Below the pieces are notes generated by a model. The model was not told the DNA's origin, did no database searches, and worked only from the letters and a program-made list of their open reading frames with translations. Shown piece after piece: positions 7,964 through 17,377 of a stretch of 55,769 bases of DNA. How positions within the stretch are numbered: the first letter of the stretch is position 1; each line of letters starts with the position of its first letter. Origin of the DNA: a virus. A program made the position numbers and the translations under genes. Where the stretch lies: UHGV virus genome UHGV-0212364, one strand, 5' to 3'.

Positions 7964-8344
7964 CTATCCCTCCGTCGGCGCCACCGGCCACACCACGCTC
8001 ACCGGAAACCCCGCCTGCTTGGTCACGTCCCTAAGCTGCTGCCGATACTCTGCCCACGCGGTGCGCGCGGCATACGTGGACGGATAGTCGGTCGCCTGCG
8101 TGTAGTCGCTTGCCGCCAGCAGCGCGTCCCGCTTTGCGCGCACATCGGCGGCCATCTGCTCGTAGTTAGGCGCGGCCTCGCCGCCGCTGCTGTCCGCTTC
8201 AGCGGGCGCGCCCTCCGCGCCCACTATCCCGTCATACTCATCCTGCGTGATCCATCCCTTGACCACCGCATTTTTGAGCATCTTGCGCGTCCAAAGCCGC
8301 TTATCATAGTACCCCTTGACAAGCTCATGCCTCTTGCTTGCCAT
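7964..8344 (-). CDS. XkdX-like plus tail-fibre assembly chaperone domain protein
   Basis: AVVKGWITQDEY; RDALLAASDYTQ..W.EYRQQLRDV..Q.GFP..V.WP. Confidence 0.7.
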   Translation of the reverse strand: MASKRHELVKGYYDKRLWTRKMLKNAVVKGWITQDEYDGIVGAEGAPAEADSSGGEAAPNYEQMAADVRAKRDALLAASDYTQATDYPSTYAARTAWAEYRQQLRDVTKQAGFPVSVVWPVAPTEG

Positions 8345-8591
8345 CCATCTCACTCCTCTCTATGTCGGTCGGCATGTCCATCATGCCGCTATCTGCGCCC
8401 GCATCGTCTGCCGCCAGCAGGTCGTCCATGTCCACGTCAGCCATCATGGCGATGTATGTCAGCCTTGCGCCTTGCTTTTCCAGCGCGCTTGCCTGTGTGA
8501 TTATATCCATTTTCGCTGCTTCCAACGTTGCTTTTTCGCATAAATCCATCTGATTTTTAACATATATCATAATACGCACCTCAAATTTCAA
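8325..8591 (-). CDS. Small tail-fibre-associated hypothetical protein
   Basis: Position and YIAMM motif next to the XkdX-like gene. Confidence 0.5.
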   Translation of the reverse strand: MKFEVRIMIYVKNQMDLCEKATLEAAKMDIITQASALEKQGARLTYIAMMADVDMDDLLAADDAGADSGMMDMPTDIERSEMDGKQEA

Positions 8592-8631
8592 GTATCAATA
8601 TTAGGCGGGCGTCCGCCCGGATGGGGAACGA

Positions 8632-9885
8632 TTAGCAGATGACACAAGCCGGGGAGAAACGAGACACGGAGCTGGCGTTGTAGCCGCTGTAGACACAGCC
8701 CGTGTAATACACATACCACGTAAGATACGTATTGCCACGATTAGCACTCCGCAAACGCACGGACTGCGGAGAATTGGCATTCAACGCTGGAATCTTGAAG
8801 CCCTCGTAAGTGTTCTCCGCGTACCAGCCGACAGGGCCGGTCACGCCCAGACGCTTGCGCCAGTAGGGCCAGTAGCTGCCTTCTACGTTCGCCATCTGCG
8901 GATTAACGTTCATCTGCTCAAGCGACGGCAGGAAAAATGTATCGTAGGTGTCCTCCGTAGTTGCGGAGAGACCTTCCGCAGCATTCAACGCAGTCGTCAC
9001 CTTGACTGGCTTGATGGCGGCAAGGAAATCGTCTGAGAAGCCGGACATAAAGCCATCATTGCCATACTGATCCGGGCGAATGTCGAAATCCTCTTTGCTC
9101 GTCCACCATTCTTTGCCAGCGGCGTTCAGGTACTGGCGAATCGCTGAGGTAGCCCAGCGGTTATAGCCGTAGCCTACGCGCTGCATAGAGTTCAGCATGT
9201 CAATGCCAGCAGAAGCTAACTGCATCGTGCCAAGACTAGTTCCATCGCTACCGGCGGTCACAGCCACCGTCTCAATAGGGCTGGCTGCGTCAGGCGTTGC
9301 CCAGCTTTTAACCTTGTATGCGGTGGTCGCCACATCCGGCAGGCTCTCAAAACCGCTCAGACGACCGCCTGCTGGTACGGCCTGTGTCAAGGTAAACTGC
9401 CATTTTGTGCCTGCGTCCGCGCCCTTGCTGCCCCACTTCTCGCCGAAGGTAATGTAGTAGGTTCCCGCAGCCAGGCCGTCCGGGCAATTTTTGAACGCCT
9501 GCTGATGGCTGAACTGCACGCCGTAAGCAGAGCACCGATTCATCTGGAGCCACAGGCCCGGCACCTCGCTGCCGTCCTTTAGCGTCACCGTCGCATGATT
9601 GACTATATCCCACGCCACCTGATAGGCGGTCTCATCTGTGTTATGGGCGCTATCATCCATGTCCTTCCACGGCGCAACGATCTGATCGCCAATTGGAAAT
9701 AACTGGGGCAGCTCTTCTAAGCTGCTAGTGCGCACCAGATGGGCGATCTGCGCCATGGAGCTATATACTTCACCTTTTTTAGTAGCCGCGATTATTTTTA
9801 AGTAGCGGTTTTGTTGTTCTAGTGCGTTTTTAATACCAATACCTGTTGAGTCTAAAATTAACGGCTCATTCGTTATTGTGCTCAT
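8632..9885 (-). CDS. Tail/receptor-binding protein with C-terminal CLec-like (DUF6273-type) domain and DGR-like variable region
   Basis: NRWATSAIRQYLN, DTFFLPSLEQM, VRLRSANRG...RFSPACVI. Confidence 0.7.
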   Translation of the reverse strand: MSTITNEPLILDSTGIGIKNALEQQNRYLKIIAATKKGEVYSSMAQIAHLVRTSSLEELPQLFPIGDQIVAPWKDMDDSAHNTDETAYQVAWDIVNHATVTLKDGSEVPGLWLQMNRCSAYGVQFSHQQAFKNCPDGLAAGTYYITFGEKWGSKGADAGTKWQFTLTQAVPAGGRLSGFESLPDVATTAYKVKSWATPDAASPIETVAVTAGSDGTSLGTMQLASAGIDMLNSMQRVGYGYNRWATSAIRQYLNAAGKEWWTSKEDFDIRPDQYGNDGFMSGFSDDFLAAIKPVKVTTALNAAEGLSATTEDTYDTFFLPSLEQMNVNPQMANVEGSYWPYWRKRLGVTGPVGWYAENTYEGFKIPALNANSPQSVRLRSANRGNTYLTWYVYYTGCVYSGYNASSVSRFSPACVIC

Positions 9886-11762
9886 TCGTTATCGCTCCTT
9901 TCGACTTTTACACAGATTTTACCGTCTTGTATTGTAAGCCCCAGCGCCTCCAGTGCCTTGACCGACTGATCGAGGGGCGACACCGCCGCCCGTATAGTAT
10001 CTTCAGTGTGTTTTGCCGACCACACATTATCCGTCCCCACCCGCGTATCGTCGATGGGCTTGCGCAGCGGCTTTACGCCGCCGACTGTTAGGGTGTCCGC
10101 GTCGGTTGAAATCGTGTTGGTGCCCGCCAGTGCGTCTATCCTGCCGCCGCCCGTCGCCGCGAAGCTCTCCGGCGCGGCAAGCTTGTAGGCTATCTGCATT
10201 GGTGTTCCCGCGGCATATTGGTTCGATAAATATGTGTTAAGTTCTTCCACCGTTGCAAAGTATGGCTTCATCTCTTTGACAACGGCATATGCAAAAGCAT
10301 ATGTTTTGTTAATTTTAATCGTTCCCGTGGGAAAATGGCTCGTCGCATACGCCGCCTCACTGCCCGCGTTGGGGGCACTTTTGAACGGTAGATTCCAATA
10401 TAAGCCGGCTGCTACGAATTTAATTTTATCGCCATCCACCGTTACTATTTCTACGTTTGCATACCCTGCCCCCGTCACCGCATCCACCTCGCCGCCGTAG
10501 ATCGTATCTGGCAAGACGAGGGTGTGTTCTGTGCCGTTGGCCGTTATCTTTACGCTCTCCCGCCCTTTTATCGGCCTCACATTATCCGGCGACGGCGTGC
10601 CGCTGCCTTCCTGCTTAAACTCCCAGCTTGCACTCAGCTCCAAAGGATACCCCTCAAGCACATCTTCGCACACGGCGGGGTTGCCCTCGACCGTAAAGTG
10701 GGTATAGTTTTGATCCGTGATCTGCTTACTTGACCACGTCTTATCCTCCGCGATTACGTCGTCGTCAATAATCCCCGCCGCGTCCTGCGCGGCCTTTTCA
10801 GCTTTCTCCGCGCTCGCCGCCGCCTCGCTCGCCGACTGCGCCGCCGCATCCTTACTCCCCGCCGCCGCCGTGGCACTCCCAGCCGCATCGCTTGCCGACT
10901 TGCCCGCCGCCGTCTGTGCCGCCTGTGCCGCGTCCCGCGCCGCCGCCGATTGGTTCGCACTGCCCTCTGCCGCCTCTGCCGCCTGTGCCGCGTCCGTAGC
11001 CGATTGCGCCGCGCTTGCGCTACTGCCAGCCGCTCCGCTCGCCGATTCAGCCGCCGCCCGCGCCGATTCCGCCGCCGCGTCCGCCGATTCTTTGACGCTA
11101 TCCAGCGTGCCCGCCGCCTCTGCCGCGCTCGCCTCCGCCGCTTTGGCCGATGTATCTGCCGCCGCCGCCGACTGCGCCGCCTCGCTCGCCAACCCGCTCG
11201 CCGCGTCTGCCGACTGCGCCGCGCTCGCGGCCGACTTGCTCGCCGCACTTGCGCTCCCCGCCGCCGCGTTTGCGGACGACTGCGCCGCCGCGGCACTGCC
11301 TGCCGCCGCCGCCGCGCTTTCCTGCGCAGACGCAGCGCTTTTGGCCGCGTCGCTTGCGCTGTTTGCCGCGTTGGTTACGGACTGCGCAATATCGCTTTTA
11401 ATATTCTCAACCCAATCAATAGGCGTATCGGGTTCAGGCGGAGTAAGACTGCGTTCGACGCACACGATAGCCGTTACGGACTTTGCCAGCACGTCGTTTT
11501 CTACCGCGCGTATTTCAATCTGGCCGTCGCCTTCGATGCCGGTATCGTGCGCCGTGGGTTCCCACGTCAATAGGCCTTTGCTGTCTATACTGGTTACAAG
11601 GATATACGGGTTTTCAGCAACACTGCGTCTGAGCATGGCGGTTATTGTGGCTTGCGGCCACTCCGCTAAAAAGCTGGAGCAGTCGATCTCTATTTTCATC
11701 GCATGGTTTTCGCCCTGTCGCCCAATGGGAATGCTAATTGGCAGGCTTTCGACGCGATACAT
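9882..11762 (-). CDS. Tail fibre/baseplate protein, BppU-like N-terminus with long Ala/Ser-rich repeat stalk
   Basis: IGRQGEN...GDGQIEI N-terminus; (A/S)AAAAxxS repeats ~10780-11390; KTWSSKQI. Confidence 0.7.
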   Translation of the reverse strand: MYRVESLPISIPIGRQGENHAMKIEIDCSSFLAEWPQATITAMLRRSVAENPYILVTSIDSKGLLTWEPTAHDTGIEGDGQIEIRAVENDVLAKSVTAIVCVERSLTPPEPDTPIDWVENIKSDIAQSVTNAANSASDAAKSAASAQESAAAAAGSAAAAQSSANAAAGSASAASKSAASAAQSADAASGLASEAAQSAAAADTSAKAAEASAAEAAGTLDSVKESADAAAESARAAAESASGAAGSSASAAQSATDAAQAAEAAEGSANQSAAARDAAQAAQTAAGKSASDAAGSATAAAGSKDAAAQSASEAAASAEKAEKAAQDAAGIIDDDVIAEDKTWSSKQITDQNYTHFTVEGNPAVCEDVLEGYPLELSASWEFKQEGSGTPSPDNVRPIKGRESVKITANGTEHTLVLPDTIYGGEVDAVTGAGYANVEIVTVDGDKIKFVAAGLYWNLPFKSAPNAGSEAAYATSHFPTGTIKINKTYAFAYAVVKEMKPYFATVEELNTYLSNQYAAGTPMQIAYKLAAPESFAATGGGRIDALAGTNTISTDADTLTVGGVKPLRKPIDDTRVGTDNVWSAKHTEDTIRAAVSPLDQSVKALEALGLTIQDGKICVKVERSDNE

Positions 11763-11810
11763 ATGTCATTCCATCCCCTCTTGAATTTGCTGGCGCGATT
11801 CGCCGCACGC

Positions 11811-12005
11811 TTATTCCTTCGTTCCGCCATACTCCACCGGCACCATCTCCGGCAGTCCCGATTCGATCAGTATCTCCGCCGTCTTAGCCTTGAGCGCCTT
11901 AGGTACATCTTCAAACGCGGTCTTACCCAGGATTACCCTCTGTGCAAAAAACATAGCCATCATCAAAATACCCCCTCGTATTCGTCGTAAAAGTTTTTTA
12001 AGCAT
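11811..12005 (-). CDS. Small tail-associated protein (CD1375-like)
   Basis: RVILGKTAFEDVP..LK motif; the true start may be an internal Met. Confidence 0.55.
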   Translation of the reverse strand: MLKKLLRRIRGGILMMAMFFAQRVILGKTAFEDVPKALKAKTAEILIESGLPEMVPVEYGGTKE

Positions 12006-12354
12006 TGTAAACTAGCGTCGCCATCTCCGCTATGCAATCTTCCAGAAACTCGGTTCGCTCACTCTGCGCCTTTATTTGGGCGCTGAGTAACTTGTTTTGC
12101 TTTTCTGCCGCCGTCAGCCGCTCACTGAGCGTCGGCGTGGGTTCTACCGGCTCCACGGGTTCGGGCTGTTCGCTGGGCGCTTTAGTCCACGCGCCGTCCG
12201 CGTAACTGTCCCCGATGCCGTATCCGTCCGGCGCTTCCAGTACTTCGCTCGCGCCCGGCCAGACGTTCGCCTTGAGAAAGCTTTGCGCGGTCTTTAGGTT
12301 TTGAAATACGCATACGTTTACGCACACGCTGTCCTTAATTACCGCTACGTTCAT
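11998..12354 (-). CDS. Tail-fibre accessory protein
   Basis: GYGIGDSY..G.W, EP repeats, FLEDCIAEMA. Confidence 0.6.
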   Translation of the reverse strand: MNVAVIKDSVCVNVCVFQNLKTAQSFLKANVWPGASEVLEAPDGYGIGDSYADGAWTKAPSEQPEPVEPVEPTPTLSERLTAAEKQNKLLSAQIKAQSERTEFLEDCIAEMATLVYNA

Positions 12355-12366
12355 TTGCTCACCACC

Positions 12367-13320
12367 TTAGTATTCTATGATGCAGATTCCGGGGGCACCG
12401 TTACCCCAACAGCCGCCACCACCTGCGCCGTACCCTAAACCACATTTGCCGCCGCCATCGCCGCGACCGTCGGTTGCTAGTTTCAATGGCCCATATCCAC
12501 CGCCGCCTCCCGAACCATTTTTCCCGCCGTCGCCGCCATCGCCGCCCATCCAGCCGCCGCCGCCACCACCGCGCGTTGCAGTGGAGCTATTTATTCCGTT
12601 ATCATCGCCGCCATTTGCTAAGTAACCACCACCGCCGCCGTAGGCGCCTTTGCCAGCGTTACCGCCCCAACCACCGCCTGCACCATTGGTCGTAGCTTTG
12701 CCAAGATATTTAGCATATTGCGCGTCTTTATAAAAGATATATGCGTTAACGCCGTTTTCGCCTGCGGATGTTAACGTTACGCCCGGAGAAGCCTTAAATT
12801 CACTATTGCTTGACCCACCATATATTCCACCTCGACCGTGGTATACATATGATTGGTATCTGCCGCCGCCGCCGCCAGCTCCCCCATATTGCGCATCGCC
12901 AGCATAACAATATCTTGTATATCCTGTATCTTGATTCGTTTCGGAATCGAAAACGTTGCCACGCCCACCGCCAGTGCCGCCGCTGCCGCCAATGTAGTCA
13001 TCGCCATGCCCGCCACCGTCAGCACTGAGCAACTTGCCAAATGAAGTTTTGCCGCCACTGCTTCCATAAGTAGTACTGCCGGAACCGCCAGCGCCAATGG
13101 TAACAGTGTAAATGGTTCCCGGTGTAACAGCGAATACGCCAAAGTTCATATAACCGCCGCCACCACCGCCACCACTGCCGCCCGAACCGCCACCGCCAAA
13201 CACCTGTACAAAAATTTCTTTGACGTTTTCAGGAACCGTCCAAGTGGTACTGGTTGTAATCTCGACGTGGTTAAGATAGCCGCCGCCTCTGCCGTCACTG
13301 GGGAATGCGTTTATCAACAT
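12367..13320 (-). CDS. Glycine-rich tail protein, paralog 2
   Basis: WTVP..V..I.V..FGGGG; ends GNGAPGICIIEY. Confidence 0.75.
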   Translation of the reverse strand: MLINAFPSDGRGGGYLNHVEITTSTTWTVPENVKEIFVQVFGGGGSGGSGGGGGGGYMNFGVFAVTPGTIYTVTIGAGGSGSTTYGSSGGKTSFGKLLSADGGGHGDDYIGGSGGTGGGRGNVFDSETNQDTGYTRYCYAGDAQYGGAGGGGGRYQSYVYHGRGGIYGGSSNSEFKASPGVTLTSAGENGVNAYIFYKDAQYAKYLGKATTNGAGGGWGGNAGKGAYGGGGGYLANGGDDNGINSSTATRGGGGGGWMGGDGGDGGKNGSGGGGGYGPLKLATDGRGDGGGKCGLGYGAGGGGCWGNGAPGICIIEY

Positions 13321-13364
13321 ACGCGCACCCCCTCGCGGCGGGTACTATTTACGCTGAGGGAGTA

Positions 13365-13374
13365 CCCCCCCCCC
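13365..13374 (-). repeat. Poly-G10 tract in a short leader ORF (13345-13398)
   Basis: C10 on plus strand; SD GGAGG plus ATG at 13398. Confidence 0.8.
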
Positions 13375-13411
13375 GGAAACAATTATGTGATTATACATAC
13401 TTCATCCTCCG

Positions 13412-14221
13412 TCAGTACTCGATTATGCAAATGCCGGGCGCGCCGTTGCCGCCGCCAGCGTTCACGCCTGCGCCGCCGCCACCTGCTCCATAGCCCAAGC
13501 CGCCTTTACCAGCAGCGCCTTTTTCTAAATAATCGTTTGAATATTTAGTATCCCCATCAGTTGCAAGTTTTAGCGACCCATATCCTCCACCACCGCCGCC
13601 ACAGCCGTTGTAAGATGCTCCAAAACTAACGACAGCTGCACTGCCACCATTTCCACCATTGATTCCTGCGCCACCACCGCCACCAGAACCATAATAGGAA
13701 TAATGTTCCGAGCCGCTGTTATAAGAATCTGATTTGCGAACTCCTAAACCGCCTTTCGCTGTGAGCGTACTTCCACCATTGCTTCCTGAATAGTAAAAGA
13801 CGTGCCCGCCGCTTGCACCATATCCTTCTTGACCAGCACCGCCAGAATACGAAGAAAAGTAACTCGAGCTCCCATCTCCACTGCCGCCGCCGCCCGTGCC
13901 GCCATTAACTCCATTTCCACCGCTAGCCGATACTAAATCGCCAAAAGAAGTCGCGCCCGCTACCGTAGAACTGGAATATACTCCTCCTGCGCCTATGGTT
14001 ATCGCGTACTTCGTGCCCGGCGTTACTTGCAGGACTTTTTGCGCAAAGTACCCACCGCCGCCGCCGTTTCTGCCTTGCCCCGCCGCACCCCCGCCAATGC
14101 AAGTAACCCTAATTTCCGTAACCCTCTCGGGCACCGTCCATTCCTGCGAGGTGGTTATCTCGACTTTATTCTTGTATTCCTGCACCGGCGCGCCGCTCGG
14201 AAACGCATTAATAACTCCCAT
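13412..14221 (-). CDS. Glycine-rich tail protein, paralog 1
   Basis: Shares INAFPS, VEITTS..WTVPE, LKLATDG and GNGAPGICIIEY with paralog 2. Confidence 0.75.
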   Translation of the reverse strand: MGVINAFPSGAPVQEYKNKVEITTSQEWTVPERVTEIRVTCIGGGAAGQGRNGGGGGYFAQKVLQVTPGTKYAITIGAGGVYSSSTVAGATSFGDLVSASGGNGVNGGTGGGGSGDGSSSYFSSYSGGAGQEGYGASGGHVFYYSGSNGGSTLTAKGGLGVRKSDSYNSGSEHYSYYGSGGGGGAGINGGNGGSAAVVSFGASYNGCGGGGGGYGSLKLATDGDTKYSNDYLEKGAAGKGGLGYGAGGGGAGVNAGGGNGAPGICIIEY

Positions 14222-14222
14222 C

Positions 14223-14681
14223 CTACTTAACCTCCAGTATCGTAACCGCCACTGGCAAGTCCACGCTCGGCGCGGCGTAATCGGCTTTTAGCGTCACGCG
14301 GTTCGTCGCCTGTGCTACCGGCACTATGCCCGCCCGGCGCGCCGCCGTGCGTTGTTCTTCCGTCGCACTGTCCGCTAGTCCCACTATCGCGTTGCACGTC
14401 GAAGTCATGCCGGTTACGGTTAGTACCTGCGTGTATGGCTTTACGCTTCCCGTCCAGCCTGCCGCCGTCGCAGTAACCGTTACTGTGCGGGATTGAAGGT
14501 TGAGTACGTCGCTCGCGCCGAACTCCGTCCCTTCCTGCTCGGGCGTGTACGCCTTTACAATCTGCACGTTCTCCAGCGCCTTGCTGCCGTCGTTTCGTAC
14601 AAGGTCGTATCTGCGCTTGCCGTCGCCGCCTACTATTTCGTCCTTGTATTCCTTAGCCAAATTCACCACCACCCAGTTCAA
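14223..14681 (-). CDS. Tail tip/baseplate protein
   Basis: Position; EQEGTEFGA and W....PYTQ...V.G.T motifs. Confidence 0.55.
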   Translation of the reverse strand: MNWVVVNLAKEYKDEIVGGDGKRRYDLVRNDGSKALENVQIVKAYTPEQEGTEFGASDVLNLQSRTVTVTATAAGWTGSVKPYTQVLTVTGMTSTCNAIVGLADSATEEQRTAARRAGIVPVAQATNRVTLKADYAAPSVDLPVAVTILEVK

Positions 14682-15066
14682 ACGCCAGCGTCTTTAGCCC
14701 GGCCTTTTGCCCTTCCAGCATGATTTTCAAAATCACAATGTCCTGCTCAATGCGGTTCAAATCTTCGTAGTTCCACGCCGTGTCGCCCGGCTTGAAGTTC
14801 TTTCCTTCCTGCCAGTCGGGCATCAGGAACGTGTTTTCGCCCAGCGCTTGCACGTTGTCCTCGACCGAATTAAGCAATGCGGCGGTCGCGATTACGCCGA
14901 TTCCCGCGCTGCTCATCGGGTCAAGCTCGAAAAAAGGCGCGGCATACAGCTTTTCGGCCATCTCGTGCAGATACCGTATGTTGCCGGTTATGCGTTCATA
15001 GTCCGATTGATTGAAAAAATCTGTGGGTTTCCAATCGGTTTTTGGGGTAGTCCACGTCTCAGCCAT
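14653..15066 (-). CDS. Tail tip protein
   Basis: W.TPKTDW..DFFN..DY.RI and DLNRIE motifs; start MAETW. Confidence 0.6.
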   Translation of the reverse strand: MAETWTTPKTDWKPTDFFNQSDYERITGNIRYLHEMAEKLYAAPFFELDPMSSAGIGVIATAALLNSVEDNVQALGENTFLMPDWQEGKNFKPGDTAWNYEDLNRIEQDIVILKIMLEGQKAGLKTLAFELGGGEFG

Positions 15067-15093
15067 AGCTTTCCTCACCGCCGTTTGCGTATT

Positions 15094-15172
15094 AAAAAAG
15101 AGGCCAGAAAAGCACACTTTTTCGGTGCTTCCTGACCCCGTTTGGCCGTTTCCCGCCGCCCGTTTGCGACGG
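15094..15172 (-). promoter_or_regulatory. Twin-hairpin attenuator, copy 3
   Basis: CCGUCGC-AAACGG-GCGGCGG and GGCC-AAACGG-GGUC overlapping a U6 terminator. Confidence 0.7.
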
Positions 15173-15189
15173 TCGATTGCTGTTTTGCT

Positions 15190-16986
15190 TTAGGTTGTCA
15201 CGCGCCCGTCCGCGTCTCCGCGAAACGCGCCCTTGAACGAGTACTTCACACGGCTTATGCGCACGTTTTCCTCGCTGTGCTTGTTTGCCACCGGCACTAT
15301 GTCTAGCGCGTCTAGTCGCGGGTCTGCGCGCCACGAGCCTACTTTTATCTGTCTGCGCGCCTTTAGGTACGCGCCCGCCCATTGTGCTACCGCCTCCGCG
15401 CGCGTGTCGTCGGTTATAAGCGGGTTGTCCACTTCCTGCACGCTGCCGTCGTCGGCAAGATATATGTCGTGGTTCGCGGTCTGCGATGCAAGCGGCTTGC
15501 CGGTAACGGCAATGTTCACGTCGCCCGACGCGGTTATTTTTAGCGTACATGCCGATGCAAAGTACTGCGCGGAAACCAGCGTGCCGCCCGTTACCGTGGC
15601 CGTGGCGCTCGCCGCCGTCTGTGAATAGCTGACGGTTATTTCCTTAGTGCCGTTTATCGTAAGGGTGCCCTTGTACAGCTCCGTATCATCTGCCTGTACG
15701 GTGTAGTTGTACACATGCACTCTCACCGTGCTTACCGGCGTTTGCAGCTCGATTTCAGGCCGCGAAAACAGGTTGAAGTCGTTCAGTTTATAGCTCGTGT
15801 CAACGCCCGTCCCCGGCGTGCCTATGTGCATTACGCCGCTTCTGTCGTGCCACATGGCCATGCCCGCCGCCTGTGCAATATATTGAAGGCATTCCGCGTG
15901 CGTCTTTAATGGGAGCGGCGCGGTAGTCGTCATACCGCTCAGTGCCTCGTCAAGCTGCCATACCGTGCCCCCTGAGGTTCCGGGCGGCAGGTTCGCGTCA
16001 TTCAATACCGCTTCGGCCAATGCCTTTAGCGTCACGCCGCTCGGACTGTATACGCCCTTTGAGTACGTGCCCTGCATCAGCGTCATTATGTCGCGCGCCT
16101 TGAATGAGGCGGTAAGGCCGTTCTGGGGCGCGTTCCATTCGGATAGATAGAATAGCCCCGCCGGAATCCATTCGGTCTGGCCGTTGGGCAACTTGAATCC
16201 GTACCTCGCCCGTATGCGCTGGCGTTCCATAAGGTACTTGCTCATGCCCGTATCGTTGTTGGGGTCGTATTCGTCGTCCGTGTTGTCCAGCGAAAATGTG
16301 ATGGACGCAACCGGCGCGCTCGCGCATATCGGGTCGAAATTGCGCTCATGCTCGAACGCCATTAGCTGCCCCTTGTCGTATGTGGTCTTTATGCCCAGCA
16401 ATATGTTTTCAATGCGCGCATAATGGAAGGGTTTTGACCATTTGTGTATCTTGATTACCACTTGGTCATACTCCGGTATGTCGTGGGTAATCACGCTTAA
16501 AGGCGCGGTGTTATTGCCTCTGGCAAACGCGAATATGGTCGAGCCATTTTTGTTTACCGAGACGGAAAAGCTGTTTGCCCATTCGTCAAACGTCTTGCTC
16601 CACGTTATCGATATGCCGGGTAAGAGCTTGCTATACACCTGATCCAGCGTTATCGTTATCGTCGGTTTTACGGCAAAGCTGCCGTCCGCTCCCGAAAGTA
16701 CGCTGCCCACAAACCCCGCTCCGCTTACCGGCGCGCTGTTTGGCGCAAGTATCAGCGAACCGTCGGCTTGCCATAAGTCCTGTTCCAGCGTGCAGTACCG
16801 CGTGAACTGCCTTTGGTTTTCGTCGGTAATAACCGATATGTCGCTTATGTACATATGGCCGTTGTCGCTCGCCGTGGCCGCGTTCTGCGCGTCCGGGTCG
16901 CCTACCGCAAACGATACCTCGACAAAGCCCTCGCCCACCAGTTGTGAGGCCTGCATATCCTTCCATGCCTGACTTACTGCATACAT
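15190..16986 (-). CDS. Minor tail/hub protein
   Basis: Large ORF after the Dit-like gene. Confidence 0.65.
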   Translation of the reverse strand: MYAVSQAWKDMQASQLVGEGFVEVSFAVGDPDAQNAATASDNGHMYISDISVITDENQRQFTRYCTLEQDLWQADGSLILAPNSAPVSGAGFVGSVLSGADGSFAVKPTITITLDQVYSKLLPGISITWSKTFDEWANSFSVSVNKNGSTIFAFARGNNTAPLSVITHDIPEYDQVVIKIHKWSKPFHYARIENILLGIKTTYDKGQLMAFEHERNFDPICASAPVASITFSLDNTDDEYDPNNDTGMSKYLMERQRIRARYGFKLPNGQTEWIPAGLFYLSEWNAPQNGLTASFKARDIMTLMQGTYSKGVYSPSGVTLKALAEAVLNDANLPPGTSGGTVWQLDEALSGMTTTAPLPLKTHAECLQYIAQAAGMAMWHDRSGVMHIGTPGTGVDTSYKLNDFNLFSRPEIELQTPVSTVRVHVYNYTVQADDTELYKGTLTINGTKEITVSYSQTAASATATVTGGTLVSAQYFASACTLKITASGDVNIAVTGKPLASQTANHDIYLADDGSVQEVDNPLITDDTRAEAVAQWAGAYLKARRQIKVGSWRADPRLDALDIVPVANKHSEENVRISRVKYSFKGAFRGDADGRVTT

Positions 16987-16990
16987 GGCC

Positions 16991-17377
16991 TTACACCTCG
17001 ATTAGCGATAGCTTGCAGTCCGTCCATCCCATCACGTCGCCGGTTTCGGGGTCGCGCCGCCACATTCCGGCGTTGCGGTCGCCCACGTACATCAGGCGCG
17101 TTACCCAGTCGCCTTCTGTCTGGTCAAAGAACGTGACGTTGTTATAAAACTGCCCGCCAGCGCTTATTTTGAATAGCTTGCCTACCATTGACCACTGGGC
17201 GGCGGTCAAATACCGCCAGCCCAATTCAACCTTTGCCACGTCGTCGCGCACGACGCTTCCTATAACTTTGCCCTGAAGATTGCGCTCTGAATCAACCAGC
17301 GTCGCGGTATTGCCCGAATAGGTGGACGGTTCGGGTAGGTCAACGTTGCCTACCCTTACCAATGCTTTAAGTGCCAC
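16991..17377 (-). CDS. Distal tail (Dit-like, DUF6711-type) protein
   Basis: Follows tape measure; LPEPS.Y, MYVGDR motifs. Confidence 0.6.
   Translation of the reverse strand: MALKALVRVGNVDLPEPSTYSGNTATLVDSERNLQGKVIGSVVRDDVAKVELGWRYLTAAQWSMVGKLFKISAGGQFYNNVTFFDQTEGDWVTRLMYVGDRNAGMWRRDPETGDVMGWTDCKLSLIEV

Noticed and set aside
10754..11784. Long Arg-rich and antisense ORFs
   Set aside because: Shadows of the GCG-rich Ala repeat in the tail fibre gene
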